64,000 nt of DNA from positions 1-64,000 of the IMG/VR virus record IMGVR_UViG_3300042997_002652, one strand, 5' to 3'. Every line of letters starts with the position of its first letter. The stretch's first letter is position 1. Below the pieces are notes generated by a model. The model was not told the origin of the DNA. It saw nothing but the letters and a program-made list of their open reading frames with translations, and did not search any database. Shown here piece by piece: positions 9,058-17,678 of this stretch. The translations under genes were made by a program, and so were the position numbers. The stretch comes from a virus. Its lineage: Duplodnaviria; Caudoviricetes.

Positions 9058-9894
9058 TTAGATGTCCAAATACTTAAACTTGTAGTTTTCAGCAATTGGC
9101 TCGTGACCGTGATAACCTCTAGGATTACACACTACGCGAGTATTACCCAACATGTAATCAAATGCATGATGTGTGTGACCATGATACCACTGGGTAATGT
9201 TGCTATCCATGATAACCTCTTCCAAGTTGGTCCTATATGCGCCGTTCATTAAATGTTGGTCTTTATAACATTCAGCTACCGAAAGATCACTAGGAGCGTG
9301 ATGAGTTACTACTACTATTTTTTTGCTAGTATTAGCAACTGTATTTTTTATAAACTCCAAGCTTTTATTATGACGAACGATAACATCATCTGGATGTAAG
9401 CTATGGTATCCATTCTTATCATTTTTAATGATTCTAAAATCACTCATACCCTGCTTGACTTGGTACTTTGTATGCCAATCATTGTTGTTCATGTCAGTCC
9501 AAAGCGTAGCACCAACGAACATAACATCGTCTATTTCTTTAACTTGATCTTCCAAGAAATAGATATTTGCAAACTGATTACATTCCAGTTTCATAGTCTC
9601 AAGTGCTTGATACCACCGACCATGATAAAACTCATGATTACCTGCAATCATGATTACATGCTTGAATTGGCTACTTGCTCGTTCTAGAAAACCTCTGTAC
9701 TTGATAGCTTCTTTTTGTCTATCACCCAACTTGTTGCCAAGATCAATAGAGCGTTGAATAGAGTCGGCGCTATGGTCATAGAGGTACTGGGCGATCATAA
9801 TGTCACCTGCTAAAATTAATACATCAGCACCTTCGTTGGTAAACTCTAAGTCACCAAACTCCAAATGTATGTCACTGGCTAGTGCTATTTTCAT
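9058..9894 (-). CDS. Calcineurin-like metallophosphoesterase
   Basis: SDIH, AGDI, GNHE and HGHTH motifs all intact; probable start MKIAL at 9894. Confidence 0.9.
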   Translation of the reverse strand: MKIALASDIHLEFGDLEFTNEGADVLILAGDIMIAQYLYDHSADSIQRSIDLGNKLGDRQKEAIKYRGFLERASSQFKHVIMIAGNHEFYHGRWYQALETMKLECNQFANIYFLEDQVKEIDDVMFVGATLWTDMNNNDWHTKYQVKQGMSDFRIIKNDKNGYHSLHPDDVIVRHNKSLEFIKNTVANTSKKIVVVTHHAPSDLSVAECYKDQHLMNGAYRTNLEEVIMDSNITQWYHGHTHHAFDYMLGNTRVVCNPRGYHGHEPIAENYKFKYLDI

Positions 9895-9895
9895 A

Positions 9896-10348
9896 TTAGT
9901 TTCTACGCATATTAGCAATATCTACTGCATCTTGTTTAGCAAACACAGGAACCATGTTAGACTTGTGGAGGGTAGCAATACCCAAGAGTTTTTGTTCACC
10001 TGAATATGTTTGCGGTTGTTGCTTTGAACAGACAGCCAAACCAGTACCCGTTATACTAGCGTATGTATTAGCACGGTAAGTTGTCGGGATATTACTCACA
10101 AAGGTTTCTGTTTTCTTTTTCTCTTTAGTTACCCTACCAAATACTTGGTCAACATATTCTTCAAAAGTAATTTTAGCCATGTGCTTGGACTTCAAGAATT
10201 TATTATACTCTTTGAAGTCTTGCACTAGCTGAGCCTGTTTAGCCTTTGTGATTTTTTGCTTGGGCTTGCGTGTACTTAAAGTACATACGCCCTTAATAAG
10301 ATGCATGGTCATAACAAGTATTATAACACCTCTTTGATATGTTTGCAA
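9896..10348 (-). CDS. Hypothetical basic protein (true start probably near 10312)
   Basis: ORF ending GIATLHKSNMVPVF...DIANMRRN. Confidence 0.65.
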   Translation of the reverse strand: MQTYQRGVIILVMTMHLIKGVCTLSTRKPKQKITKAKQAQLVQDFKEYNKFLKSKHMAKITFEEYVDQVFGRVTKEKKKTETFVSNIPTTYRANTYASITGTGLAVCSKQQPQTYSGEQKLLGIATLHKSNMVPVFAKQDAVDIANMRRN

Positions 10349-10650
10349 GTACCTTTGCCAAACTTAAACGCTGGACAAGAGCAGGTACTTTTGTCTGGGT
10401 CCACCCAATAACTGTTGCCCTTGCTACCTTTGATTTCAATCAGTGTTGACTTTACTTGTGCTTTGAAAGGGCTGATCTTTAGTTCTTGAAACTTGCGGCC
10501 ACGCTGGTCTATTCTCATAGGGCGGTTAAGATAAGTAGGCTCAGTTTTACCCATGGGTATGTAAGCCATGATCTTGTCACCATCTAACAGATAGATGTGA
10601 TTGGGCTGGCTTTCCATATCCCAAAGAGTAACTTCTTTAACTGCTATCAT
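10321..10650 (-). CDS. SWIM zinc-finger protein
   Basis: CSCPAFKFGKGTCKH (CxC...CxH). Confidence 0.75.
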   Translation of the reverse strand: MIAVKEVTLWDMESQPNHIYLLDGDKIMAYIPMGKTEPTYLNRPMRIDQRGRKFQELKISPFKAQVKSTLIEIKGSKGNSYWVDPDKSTCSCPAFKFGKGTCKHIKEVL

Positions 10651-10651
10651 A

Positions 10652-10960
10652 TTAGATAAACTCGTTAAGGCTGCTAAAAACTTGAGTAATAAACTTGTGT
10701 TCCAGGATTACAGTTTCGCCTGCATCGCGCTTTACTGCGCCCTTAAACAGGGAAAACCCTTTGTCAACTGTAACATGATGCTGAACTTCACCGCCAAATG
10801 CTACACGGCTGAGTTTGACCACACCGCTTACATTTACCGAATCCATGTAACGACCCTTAACGCGAAGACCTTCCAAGTTCCAGTTCATGTTAGTTCCACT
10901 CCTTTCGGTTATCAGCATTGTCAGCATAGCCCTGCTTGTATGCAGCCACTTCTTCAGCAC
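10652..10960 (-). CDS. Hypothetical protein (true start probably MNWNLEG)
   Basis: ORF track; GGAG RBS before the internal ATG. Confidence 0.55.
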   Translation of the reverse strand: MLKKWLHTSRAMLTMLITERSGTNMNWNLEGLRVKGRYMDSVNVSGVVKLSRVAFGGEVQHHVTVDKGFSLFKGAVKRDAGETVILEHKFITQVFSSLNEFI

Positions 10961-11111
10961 TCATGTCTACTTCTTCAATCTTAGTTGAAGAGTAAGTAGC
11001 ACCAGTAAAGTAATGGGGCGTATAAGGGCGACCGTAAAAAGCATCTGCTGCACCACGATCATAAGCACCACCGTGTCGTGTGAATGGAGTGCGTTTTGAG
11101 TAGTCTGTCAT
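10890..11111 (-). CDS. Hypothetical early protein
   Basis: RHGGAYDRGAADAFYGR; own promoter cassette and AGGAG RBS. Confidence 0.7.
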   Translation of the reverse strand: MTDYSKRTPFTRHGGAYDRGAADAFYGRPYTPHYFTGATYSSTKIEEVDMSAEEVAAYKQGYADNADNRKEWN

Positions 11112-11143
11112 GCTGTTTGCTCCTGTTCGTTGACTATAAAGCT

Positions 11144-11171
11144 ATTATAGCAGATTTGGGCAAGAAGTCAA
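11144..11171 (-). promoter_or_regulatory. Sigma70-type early promoter cassette copy
   Basis: TTGACT-N16-TATAAT with TG extension. Confidence 0.85.
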
Positions 11172-11174
11172 GCC

Positions 11175-11354
11175 TTAATCAAAAAAGTTGCCGGGCTGAC
11201 ATACAAATTCATTCTTACCAGCATCAGCCCATACCATGGGATGCAAATCCAACTTGTCAATAACCTGACGGTTACACATTTCCATCGCCTTACCAATGGA
11301 CTCAGCGGTGAACTCGTAGGTTTCTTTCTTTACATAAAATTTGACTGTAATCAT
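11175..11354 (-). CDS. Small hypothetical protein (59 aa), not in ORF track
   Basis: MITVKFYVKKETYEFTAES...CQPGNFFD; GAGGA RBS; preceded by a -35-only half promoter (11375-11385). Confidence 0.7.
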   Translation of the reverse strand: MITVKFYVKKETYEFTAESIGKAMEMCNRQVIDKLDLHPMVWADAGKNEFVCQPGNFFD

Positions 11355-11385
11355 AATTTGATCCTCTTTATTTTAGTCAAGCCTT

Positions 11386-11742
11386 TTAGATCAGTACTTG
11401 AATTTTGTTGAAACCGAAATCGTCAACCATGTGAAACTCACCGGTTGGATCTTGGATGATATCGCCGACACTGACAGAATGCATACGGTCAAGGCGAACT
11501 ATTTTTGCTTCAGGACCGACATTACCGACATGAAATACTTCATCTAAGTCACTAGCGGCAATTTCACACACGGGGGTAAAGTAGGCGAACATTGATGGTT
11601 CCCACTTAGCAGAACCTTGAAAGCGGATGTCCATTGAAACTTTATATTCGGGGTATTTAACAGCAGCTTCAGCGTGTCCGACTTCATTAACGTAATCGTA
11701 CACTTGTCTTGCAATCTTAAGCTGGTAAACTTTGTATGACAT
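11386..11742 (-). CDS. YodL-like domain protein
   Basis: YKVYQL start; DLDEVFHVGN...MHSVSVGDII. Confidence 0.55.
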   Translation of the reverse strand: MSYKVYQLKIARQVYDYVNEVGHAEAAVKYPEYKVSMDIRFQGSAKWEPSMFAYFTPVCEIAASDLDEVFHVGNVGPEAKIVRLDRMHSVSVGDIIQDPTGEFHMVDDFGFNKIQVLI

Positions 11743-11775
11743 CTAGACTCGCTCCTTTTCTCAATTTGTATAGCT

Positions 11776-11803
11776 ATTATAGCAGAAATTACCCAAATGT
11801 CAA
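11776..11803 (-). promoter_or_regulatory. Sigma70-type early promoter cassette copy
   Basis: TTGACA-N16-TATAAT; the TGA in the -35 is the stop codon of the upstream gene. Confidence 0.85.
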
Positions 11804-12153
11804 GCCTTATTGAACTCCTGAACGTCTTTAATTGCGCTCAATACTTCAGCCAGTGCAGCCAATTCATACTGTTCAATAAGATTTGAAGTTGGTAAAGTAC
11901 TTTGTGCTGGGTACTTGGCTTTATGAATAACGCGATCAGTAACGATAGAAACTATATCGTCACCTTGTTCAATGCTTTCAAGTACTTGTTTTAACACACG
12001 TTCTTTGGCGGCAGCTTGAAAAACTGAAATACCCCAAGTAAGAGTATAAGCAGCATCAACTGCCATTTTAGCAGTAAATTCAGCAATCTCGGCTTGTACG
12101 CTTACCAAGTCACGCTGAAAACGATTAGTGATATACGCTTTTTCTGAAATCAT
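11800..12153 (-). CDS. Hypothetical early protein
   Basis: 117-aa ORF with AAGGAG RBS. Confidence 0.7.
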   Translation of the reverse strand: MISEKAYITNRFQRDLVSVQAEIAEFTAKMAVDAAYTLTWGISVFQAAAKERVLKQVLESIEQGDDIVSIVTDRVIHKAKYPAQSTLPTSNLIEQYELAALAEVLSAIKDVQEFNKA

Positions 12154-12184
12154 TTTACTGCTCCTTTTCTCAATTTGTATAGCT

Positions 12185-12212
12185 ATTATAGCATATTTGG
12201 GTAAGAAGTCAA
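12185..12212 (-). promoter_or_regulatory. Sigma70-type early promoter cassette copy
   Basis: TTGACT-N16-TATAAT; 34 nt (12160-12193) identical to 11751-11784. Confidence 0.85.
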
Positions 12213-12252
12213 GCCTTTGGGTGAAATAATTTTCCTAAGGAAATCAGTGCTT

Positions 12253-12522
12253 TTATACAGTCTGAGTTACAGTAACATCACCTTCATACACAGTTACTTT
12301 CAGTCCAGGTCCCAGATTCCGAATCTGAGCGGCTATAGTATTCGCCTCAGCTTTGCTGATGTCCGGGGTCCAGGGACCAGTCCTGGTTGACCGATTATCA
12401 TAAACGCGATATTTATACCCGCGATAATCACCGTAGTTAAAGTTGTCTCTGCGAGTTTTGGCAACTGTCAGACCGGTAACATTTTTGATGATACGGTTAA
12501 TTGCTGATGCGTAACTTTTCAT
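12253..12522 (-). CDS. Hypothetical early protein
   Basis: 89-aa ORF. Confidence 0.65.
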   Translation of the reverse strand: MKSYASAINRIIKNVTGLTVAKTRRDNFNYGDYRGYKYRVYDNRSTRTGPWTPDISKAEANTIAAQIRNLGPGLKVTVYEGDVTVTQTV

Positions 12523-12557
12523 GTCTGATTTCTTCGTGTTGTTTGCTATATGTAGTT

Positions 12558-12585
12558 ATTATAGCACATTTGGGCAAAGAGTCAA
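12558..12585 (-). promoter_or_regulatory. Sigma70-type early promoter cassette copy
   Basis: TTGACT-N16-TATAAT. Confidence 0.85.
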
Positions 12586-12631
12586 GCCTTTGGCTAAGAT
12601 ATTTTCTATTATTTTAAAGAAACCACTAAGC

Positions 12632-12815
12632 TAAGTTGTTGATTTATAAAGAGATTTTTAACAAAGAATCAATAGCTTACGTTACCTGCTCAACATCTAG
12701 GATACTTATGTGAGTGTTGATGCTGCTGTAAAAAAGAAAAACCTGAAACTGTAATGAAATCAATCACTTACAGTTTCAGGTTATGTTTAGCAATCCTAAT
12801 AAAATCAATGACTTA
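12632..12815. promoter_or_regulatory. Cluster of four IHF-consensus boxes in the largest non-coding gap
   Basis: WATCAANNNNTTR at 12632-12644 (reverse), 12667-12679, 12758-12770, 12803-12815. Confidence 0.65.
12740..12782. repeat. Perfect 15-bp inverted repeat with 13-nt loop
   Basis: aacctgaaactgtaa-tgaaatcaatcac-ttacagtttcaggtt. Confidence 0.9.
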
Positions 12816-12820
12816 GTTGG

Positions 12821-13036
12821 TTACCAAGTTTCCTTGATCTGATCAACGATATTTTTAAAAGTGGGTGCTGTTTCTTTAATCTGATTTCTTATAATCCCAA
12901 CCATGGCCTTTGCTGTTTCCCAAAGCACCTCAGCAACAATCAGTAGTAACAGAAAGGGAGCAGCACACAATGCCATCAAAATAATAAGAGGTCTGCGTAC
13001 CCAAGGGTTTTCCATATCAGGAAAATAGTTGTTCAT
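12821..13036 (-). CDS. Hypothetical membrane protein
   Basis: Single long hydrophobic segment. Confidence 0.6.
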   Translation of the reverse strand: MNNYFPDMENPWVRRPLIILMALCAAPFLLLLIVAEVLWETAKAMVGIIRNQIKETAPTFKNIVDQIKETW

Positions 13037-13257
13037 ATATCCTCACTTTGTTTATTTGTTATACCAAATTTAATGTATTTATACCATATTCTTTCGTGCA
13101 TGTAGTACCATACTGTAGCAGTTACTAACTTTGCTCCTCCCAGTATCGCACCTAATTCAAAACTACCAGTTACTAACCATGCAATTAGTAAACTGTCAAT
13201 TGAACCTATTATTCGCCAACTTATAGCTTTGGCAACATGCCTACGCTTTAGGATCAT
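13033..13257 (-). CDS. DUF2061-like membrane protein
   Basis: RHVAKAISWRIIGS...YYMHERIW. Confidence 0.75.
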   Translation of the reverse strand: MILKRRHVAKAISWRIIGSIDSLLIAWLVTGSFELGAILGGAKLVTATVWYYMHERIWYKYIKFGITNKQSEDI

Positions 13258-13499
13258 TTAATATCAAAATGTCTTTTAATCGCAGCACTACATTCTTTGG
13301 CAAATATAGCAGTAGGTGCTTGGTCATGTAGAAAACTTCCACCGTCCACAACATTTACACATTCTTTCACAATCAACTCGGCGAACTGTTCCATCTGTTC
13401 GTAACTTCCACCAATTGAGTATCTACCCACAGTGATGTCATCGCCAAAATCCGCCAACACATTTGCTTGTTTAGCAATTTCTAAAATTCGTTCGTTCAT
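13254..13499 (-). CDS. Hypothetical protein (MNERILEIAKQA type)
   Basis: Probable start at 13499; EQFAELIVKEC motif. Confidence 0.7.
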   Translation of the reverse strand: MNERILEIAKQANVLADFGDDITVGRYSIGGSYEQMEQFAELIVKECVNVVDGGSFLHDQAPTAIFAKECSAAIKRHFDIK

Positions 13500-13556
13500 C
13501 GCTTTATCACATCCAATTCCATAATTAAAACTATCCTCGCATAATACCAATGTTTT

Positions 13557-14615
13557 TTATTTGTTTTCATCTTTTTTCCATTTGTTAATTATTTCAATAA
13601 AAGTTGTATTAGATTGTAATTGTTGGTACATCTGCTTAGCCAAATCATAATGTTCATTGGGGCCCGGATGAACGTAGTCTCTTGCTATCGTTTGAACAAA
13701 CAAATTTTCATATAGCGTTTTGTCTCGTAGATGAGCATCAATGTAGTGATTCTGTAATTCTTCAGGTATAGAACAATCTATATTTGTATCTTCGGTGTGA
13801 GCGGCTATATTATAAGCACTAAGGTCATTACCCCAAAAACTAAAGAACCACGGTATATTTTTAGATTGTAAAAAATATTTGATGAACAGTAGACTACGAA
13901 AACAGTCATGGTATAATTGTCTGTAGTTAATATTTTTTGTCATCGCTTCGTGAGCTGCTGTCGCGATGTGCGATGCGCCGGGACGCAAATAACCTAAATA
14001 ATGCCAAATATACGGTATATTTTTATCGTCAGTTATTATTAATTCTTTTCTAGTAACAGGTGGAAATAAAAAATAAACCATATCAGGACTAGCATTATCA
14101 TGCTCAATTGCAGTATACACATATCGTATAGCTGCATCTAAGCTTCTACCTCCCTTCCCTAAATTTAATTTTGCTATAGGTGCACTAATTTGTGTGCAAA
14201 TCATGTCAGTCAAAAAACTATGCCAAATGTGGTCTTCCGGCAAGCCAATCCCTTCAGTTAATGAGCATCCACTTACCATCAAAGTTTTATATTTTCGGGC
14301 ATCTTCAAATTCTGAAGGGGCGCAACCTGCGCGATGCCCTCTAGAGGTATAGGAATATACTATGTCATTTTCGCCATATGTTTTATTACTCGGCACTAAA
14401 GCATTCTTTAAGGAGTTTTTTCTGAATGTCTGTTCATCATCCCTTGTACAGTACCATTTAAATGACGTAAGAGCTTCCCCAAATGTTGTAAAATCATACC
14501 AATTCCAAAGATTTACTCTATTAGCTGGATAGGGACATGTTTTTGGTAATCTTGCTACACTACTGCTGTCCCGGACATTTGCTTGTTCAGCAAGTTCTCT
14601 AATTCGTTCGTTCAT
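13557..14615 (-). CDS. SGNH/GDSL hydrolase-like protein
   Basis: VSGCSLTEG block I, NLGKGGRS block II, DYVHPG block V. Confidence 0.65.
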   Translation of the reverse strand: MNERIRELAEQANVRDSSSVARLPKTCPYPANRVNLWNWYDFTTFGEALTSFKWYCTRDDEQTFRKNSLKNALVPSNKTYGENDIVYSYTSRGHRAGCAPSEFEDARKYKTLMVSGCSLTEGIGLPEDHIWHSFLTDMICTQISAPIAKLNLGKGGRSLDAAIRYVYTAIEHDNASPDMVYFLFPPVTRKELIITDDKNIPYIWHYLGYLRPGASHIATAAHEAMTKNINYRQLYHDCFRSLLFIKYFLQSKNIPWFFSFWGNDLSAYNIAAHTEDTNIDCSIPEELQNHYIDAHLRDKTLYENLFVQTIARDYVHPGPNEHYDLAKQMYQQLQSNTTFIEIINKWKKDENK

Positions 14616-14851
14616 CGTTTTAACACATCCACTAAGTGTATTTGATCGTAAGCTACTTTAGCAGCTTCGTTTAGTTTGTTTAAATAAGTAGCATAATCAT
14701 GTGCCCTGCGCGTTTGTGTTTCTTTATCATAAAGATCACCAAAAGGAAACACAGCGGCATGCGGTCTACCTTCACTGACATCACGAGCATCAGATACTAC
14801 TATCCAATCACCTCTGTTGTTGATCCAAACTTTAAATACGCGATTACTCAT
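14612..14851 (-). CDS. Hypothetical protein
   Basis: 79-aa ORF, coupled overlaps. Confidence 0.65.
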   Translation of the reverse strand: MSNRVFKVWINNRGDWIVVSDARDVSEGRPHAAVFPFGDLYDKETQTRRAHDYATYLNKLNEAAKVAYDQIHLVDVLKR

Positions 14852-15114
14852 TAGTGAATCCTCTCTTCATCCTCAAACGCCACAAACTTACCAGCGTCAA
14901 TCAGGTTTTCAATTTCAGTGTCAATAGCATCCAGTTCAGGCATTTCAAATTCTAGTTTACCTAATTCAGATAAAAAATCAATCACAGAGTCTTCAGCACC
15001 TTGCGGAATAACGATCACTCGTGGCTCACTTTTATCAAGATGATCATAGTTACCTTCAGCAGCCTGTTCTATCATTTGTTTTAGTATATCACGCCAATCC
15101 ATTTTCTCACTCAT
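14851..15114 (-). CDS. Hypothetical acidic protein
   Basis: 87-aa ORF. Confidence 0.65.
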   Translation of the reverse strand: MSEKMDWRDILKQMIEQAAEGNYDHLDKSEPRVIVIPQGAEDSVIDFLSELGKLEFEMPELDAIDTEIENLIDAGKFVAFEDEERIH

Positions 15115-15532
15115 AAGTCCAGCCCAATACCTTCTTTAGTTTATTCTTTACTAAAAGATTGGGCATTCTAACACGCTTAGTGTCTTCAAAGCCCATCATA
15201 ACTCCGACTTCTGCTACTGCCCCGCTACGGCACAATCCAGCATGGCAATGTACTATCACATGGCGTTTGTAGAACAAAGCAAGTTCCAAGATTTCTATGA
15301 TCTCCAGAGCCTGAGCATCTGTGATCAGCTTTTTGGGCACGAAAGGAAATTCTCCAGCGCCCTCGTTGTCTTCAGCATCATGAAACTGAAAATGGTGCTT
15401 GGCAACATAGCTATGCGCAGTAACAGGAGCAGGGGTACCTGGATCAGTAATCTGAATCAGATAGCTATCACCAGGATGAGGGTAGTCACCTGACTCAGCT
15501 TGTGCGTAAGATATGTTGATGATTTTGGGCAT
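15107..15532 (-). CDS. Protein-tyrosine/dual-specificity phosphatase-like protein
   Basis: VHCHAGLCRS (CX5R) P-loop. Confidence 0.85.
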   Translation of the reverse strand: MPKIINISYAQAESGDYPHPGDSYLIQITDPGTPAPVTAHSYVAKHHFQFHDAEDNEGAGEFPFVPKKLITDAQALEIIEILELALFYKRHVIVHCHAGLCRSGAVAEVGVMMGFEDTKRVRMPNLLVKNKLKKVLGWTYE

Positions 15533-15795
15533 TAAAATGCTACCTTTTGCTTTTCAACATCACGAAAGTTTACCTGAAATTTCATCATTTTCAAGTAGCC
15601 GTGAGTACCGCAGAGTCGCACATGTTTCTCTAAACCATAATATTCATGTGCAAAAGTTTTAATCGTGATCCAGGGAATCAATTCTTGATTGGCGTTCAGA
15701 TCCAGATCAATAGATGTAATCTCTCCACGCATGGTACCTGCATGACACTCCCAGCGTACACGATCACCTACACGGATATCAGTAACATTGCTCAT
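15532..15795 (-). CDS. Hypothetical protein
   Basis: 87-aa ORF. Confidence 0.65.
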   Translation of the reverse strand: MSNVTDIRVGDRVRWECHAGTMRGEITSIDLDLNANQELIPWITIKTFAHEYYGLEKHVRLCGTHGYLKMMKFQVNFRDVEKQKVAF

Positions 15796-16028
15796 TATCT
15801 TGCTCCTCTAGTGTATGATTTTACTGAATCAATTAACTTTTTTGCTTCAGATTTATTTTTAACAAGTATCATGCTGTGATTCATAATGCCAAAAACATTT
15901 TTCTTATCTTTTGTCTCTAGCCAACATGCAGCATCGGCCACAACCAGCCATCCGTGCTGTTTTTTACGAGCCACTGCAATCCTACGCTTCCCATCAAAAG
16001 CAACCAGTGTATTATCTTTGATGGTCAT
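15795..16028 (-). CDS. Hypothetical early protein
   Basis: 77-aa ORF, AAGGAG RBS, own promoter. Confidence 0.65.
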   Translation of the reverse strand: MTIKDNTLVAFDGKRRIAVARKKQHGWLVVADAACWLETKDKKNVFGIMNHSMILVKNKSEAKKLIDSVKSYTRGAR

Positions 16029-16059
16029 CTGTCTTGCTCCTTTCGTTGACTATAAGATA

Positions 16060-16087
16060 ATTATACACTATCTGGGTAGAATGTCAA
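16060..16087 (-). promoter_or_regulatory. Sigma70-type early promoter cassette copy
   Basis: TTGACA-N16-TATAAT; -35 TGA is the stop of the 16084-16578 gene. Confidence 0.85.
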
Positions 16088-16578
16088 GCCGCGTTAAGCT
16101 CTTTCAAAGCTTTGCAAGTATCATTATATCCCAGAACACGCCCGTCCCTGAAGGTATATGAAACATCGTAGTTTGCGCGTTCGCCACCGGTCTGCATATC
16201 ATACTGCTCGGTTTTAAAAGCAACTTCCTGACGCATATATCCGTATGCGTCATTCATAACAGTGCGCCTAGCGACCCAGCGACCCTGCTCATAGAACAGT
16301 TCAAACGGGGTTTCCCATTCTTCGCACACAGTAGCATCATCGTCCATGATTGACCAATCAATCACATACTCTTGAAAACTCTCGTTGCTAGTCTCAACCA
16401 AAGACTTAAGAGTAGGAATACCCGTATCCTTGATCTTGAGAACTTGCGTAACCGTGAGATTGGGTACTACATAAGTGTCGCCGCCCTTGCACTTCCAATG
16501 CTGCGGGCACTCACCTTTACCGTCCCAATCATGCGCACCGTAGTTTTCACGAACTTGAGTCTGAATTACGAGTTTCAT
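16084..16578 (-). CDS. Hypothetical early protein
   Basis: MKLVIQTQVRENYGAHDWDG...WKCKGG. Confidence 0.75.
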   Translation of the reverse strand: MKLVIQTQVRENYGAHDWDGKGECPQHWKCKGGDTYVVPNLTVTQVLKIKDTGIPTLKSLVETSNESFQEYVIDWSIMDDDATVCEEWETPFELFYEQGRWVARRTVMNDAYGYMRQEVAFKTEQYDMQTGGERANYDVSYTFRDGRVLGYNDTCKALKELNAA

Positions 16579-16608
16579 TTGTTGCTCCTTTTCGTTGACT
16601 ATATGATT

Positions 16609-16678
16609 AGTATACAGTATTTGGGTAAAGAGTCAAGCCTTTGGCTGAAAATAAAACTCTTTGAAAATCAACAACTTA
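16609..16678 (-). promoter_or_regulatory. Early promoter cassette plus upstream IHF box
   Basis: TTGACT-N16-TATACT (16609-16636); AATCAACAACTTA at 16666-16678. Confidence 0.85.
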
Positions 16679-17050
16679 CATTGACCAATACGTTTCCGAA
16701 GCAGGGGAGCAGCACAGCGGGGTATCAGCGCGTTCCTGAAACTCTTTACCTGACATAAGATTTTTGCGAGTAACCATACGAGCACCGCCATAGCTATTAT
16801 AGCTGCGAATTCGGCTCTGACGGTTGCAGCGAATAACTTGAATATCAACTTTTTCATTCAAAGCATTTTTGGCTTTCATGTAGGTAGACATATCACAGTC
16901 TTCCTCAAGAAACACGTTATCGCCCTTGGTATAGCTGTAATGAGTAATTTTGTCAGCAATATCAAGACGTTCCAATTCGCTATAAGGAACGCGCAACCAA
17001 CCATGACCGGGATCAGAGTAGAACTGAAACTTGCTTTTTGCTTTAGACAT
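16676..17050 (-). CDS. Hypothetical early protein
   Basis: FYSDPGHGWLRVP...FLEEDCD. Confidence 0.75.
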   Translation of the reverse strand: MSKAKSKFQFYSDPGHGWLRVPYSELERLDIADKITHYSYTKGDNVFLEEDCDMSTYMKAKNALNEKVDIQVIRCNRQSRIRSYNSYGGARMVTRKNLMSGKEFQERADTPLCCSPASETYWSM

Positions 17051-17080
17051 TTCGCGCTCCTTTTCGTTGACTATGAAGTA

Positions 17081-17108
17081 ATTATAGCAGGTTTGGGTAA
17101 GAAGTCAA
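17081..17108 (-). promoter_or_regulatory. Sigma70-type early promoter cassette copy
   Basis: TTGACT-N16-TATAAT; -35 TGA is the stop of the upstream gene. Confidence 0.85.
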
Positions 17109-17575
17109 GCCTTTTTACTAACTATCTGAACCCGGTTGGTGTAGTTATTGAATTCTTGTTCGGTCAGCTCTTTGCCGTTGATATACCACTCACAACTGCC
17201 ATTAGCCCATTCACGAGCAGGGCCGTCTACGCGGTGCCGTTTATCGTTGACATACCACGCGCGGTCTCCGTTAGTACATTCCACAGCAGGCCCGTCTGTG
17301 CGGTGACGTTTGCCGTCGACTACCCAAAAACGGCTACTAGCATATTCGCAAGCAGGGCCGTTTTCGCGGTGAAGTTTGCCGTTGAAGTACCAAACGCGGA
17401 CCCCGGTAGTATATTCGAAAGCAGGGCCATCTGTTCTGTGTGGTTTGCCGTTTACCCACCAAGCACGATAGCCATTAACCCCTTCGATAGCAGGGCCGTC
17501 TTCGCGGTGACGTTTGCCATTGACATACCAAAAACGGTCGCCGTTGTCATGTACTTTTACTTGATATTTTTTCAT
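17105..17575 (-). CDS. Repeat protein with five 22-23-aa WxVNGKxHRxDGPA units (MORN-variant-like)
   Basis: 66-69-nt tandem units 17218-17530; probable start MKKYQ at 17575. Confidence 0.8.
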   Translation of the reverse strand: MKKYQVKVHDNGDRFWYVNGKRHREDGPAIEGVNGYRAWWVNGKPHRTDGPAFEYTTGVRVWYFNGKLHRENGPACEYASSRFWVVDGKRHRTDGPAVECTNGDRAWYVNDKRHRVDGPAREWANGSCEWYINGKELTEQEFNNYTNRVQIVSKKA

Positions 17576-17608
17576 GCATTCGTGCTCCTTTTCGTTGACT
17601 ATGTGTAT

Positions 17609-17678
17609 ATAATAGCACATTATACCCAAATGTCAAGCCTTTGGGTAAAAATAAAACTCTAATAAAATCAATGACTTA
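17609..17678 (-). promoter_or_regulatory. Early promoter cassette plus upstream IHF box
   Basis: TTGACA-N16-TATTAT (17609-17636); AATCAATGACTTA at 17666-17678. Confidence 0.85.

Noticed and set aside
17105-17575. Diversity-generating retroelement VR/TR
   Set aside because: No reverse transcriptase in the window; differences between repeats are not confined to adenines.
16372-17662. Plus-strand ORFs 16372-16758 and 16838-17662 (274 aa)
   Set aside because: Antisense to promoter-led minus-strand genes; the periodicity only mirrors the HRxDGPA repeats.
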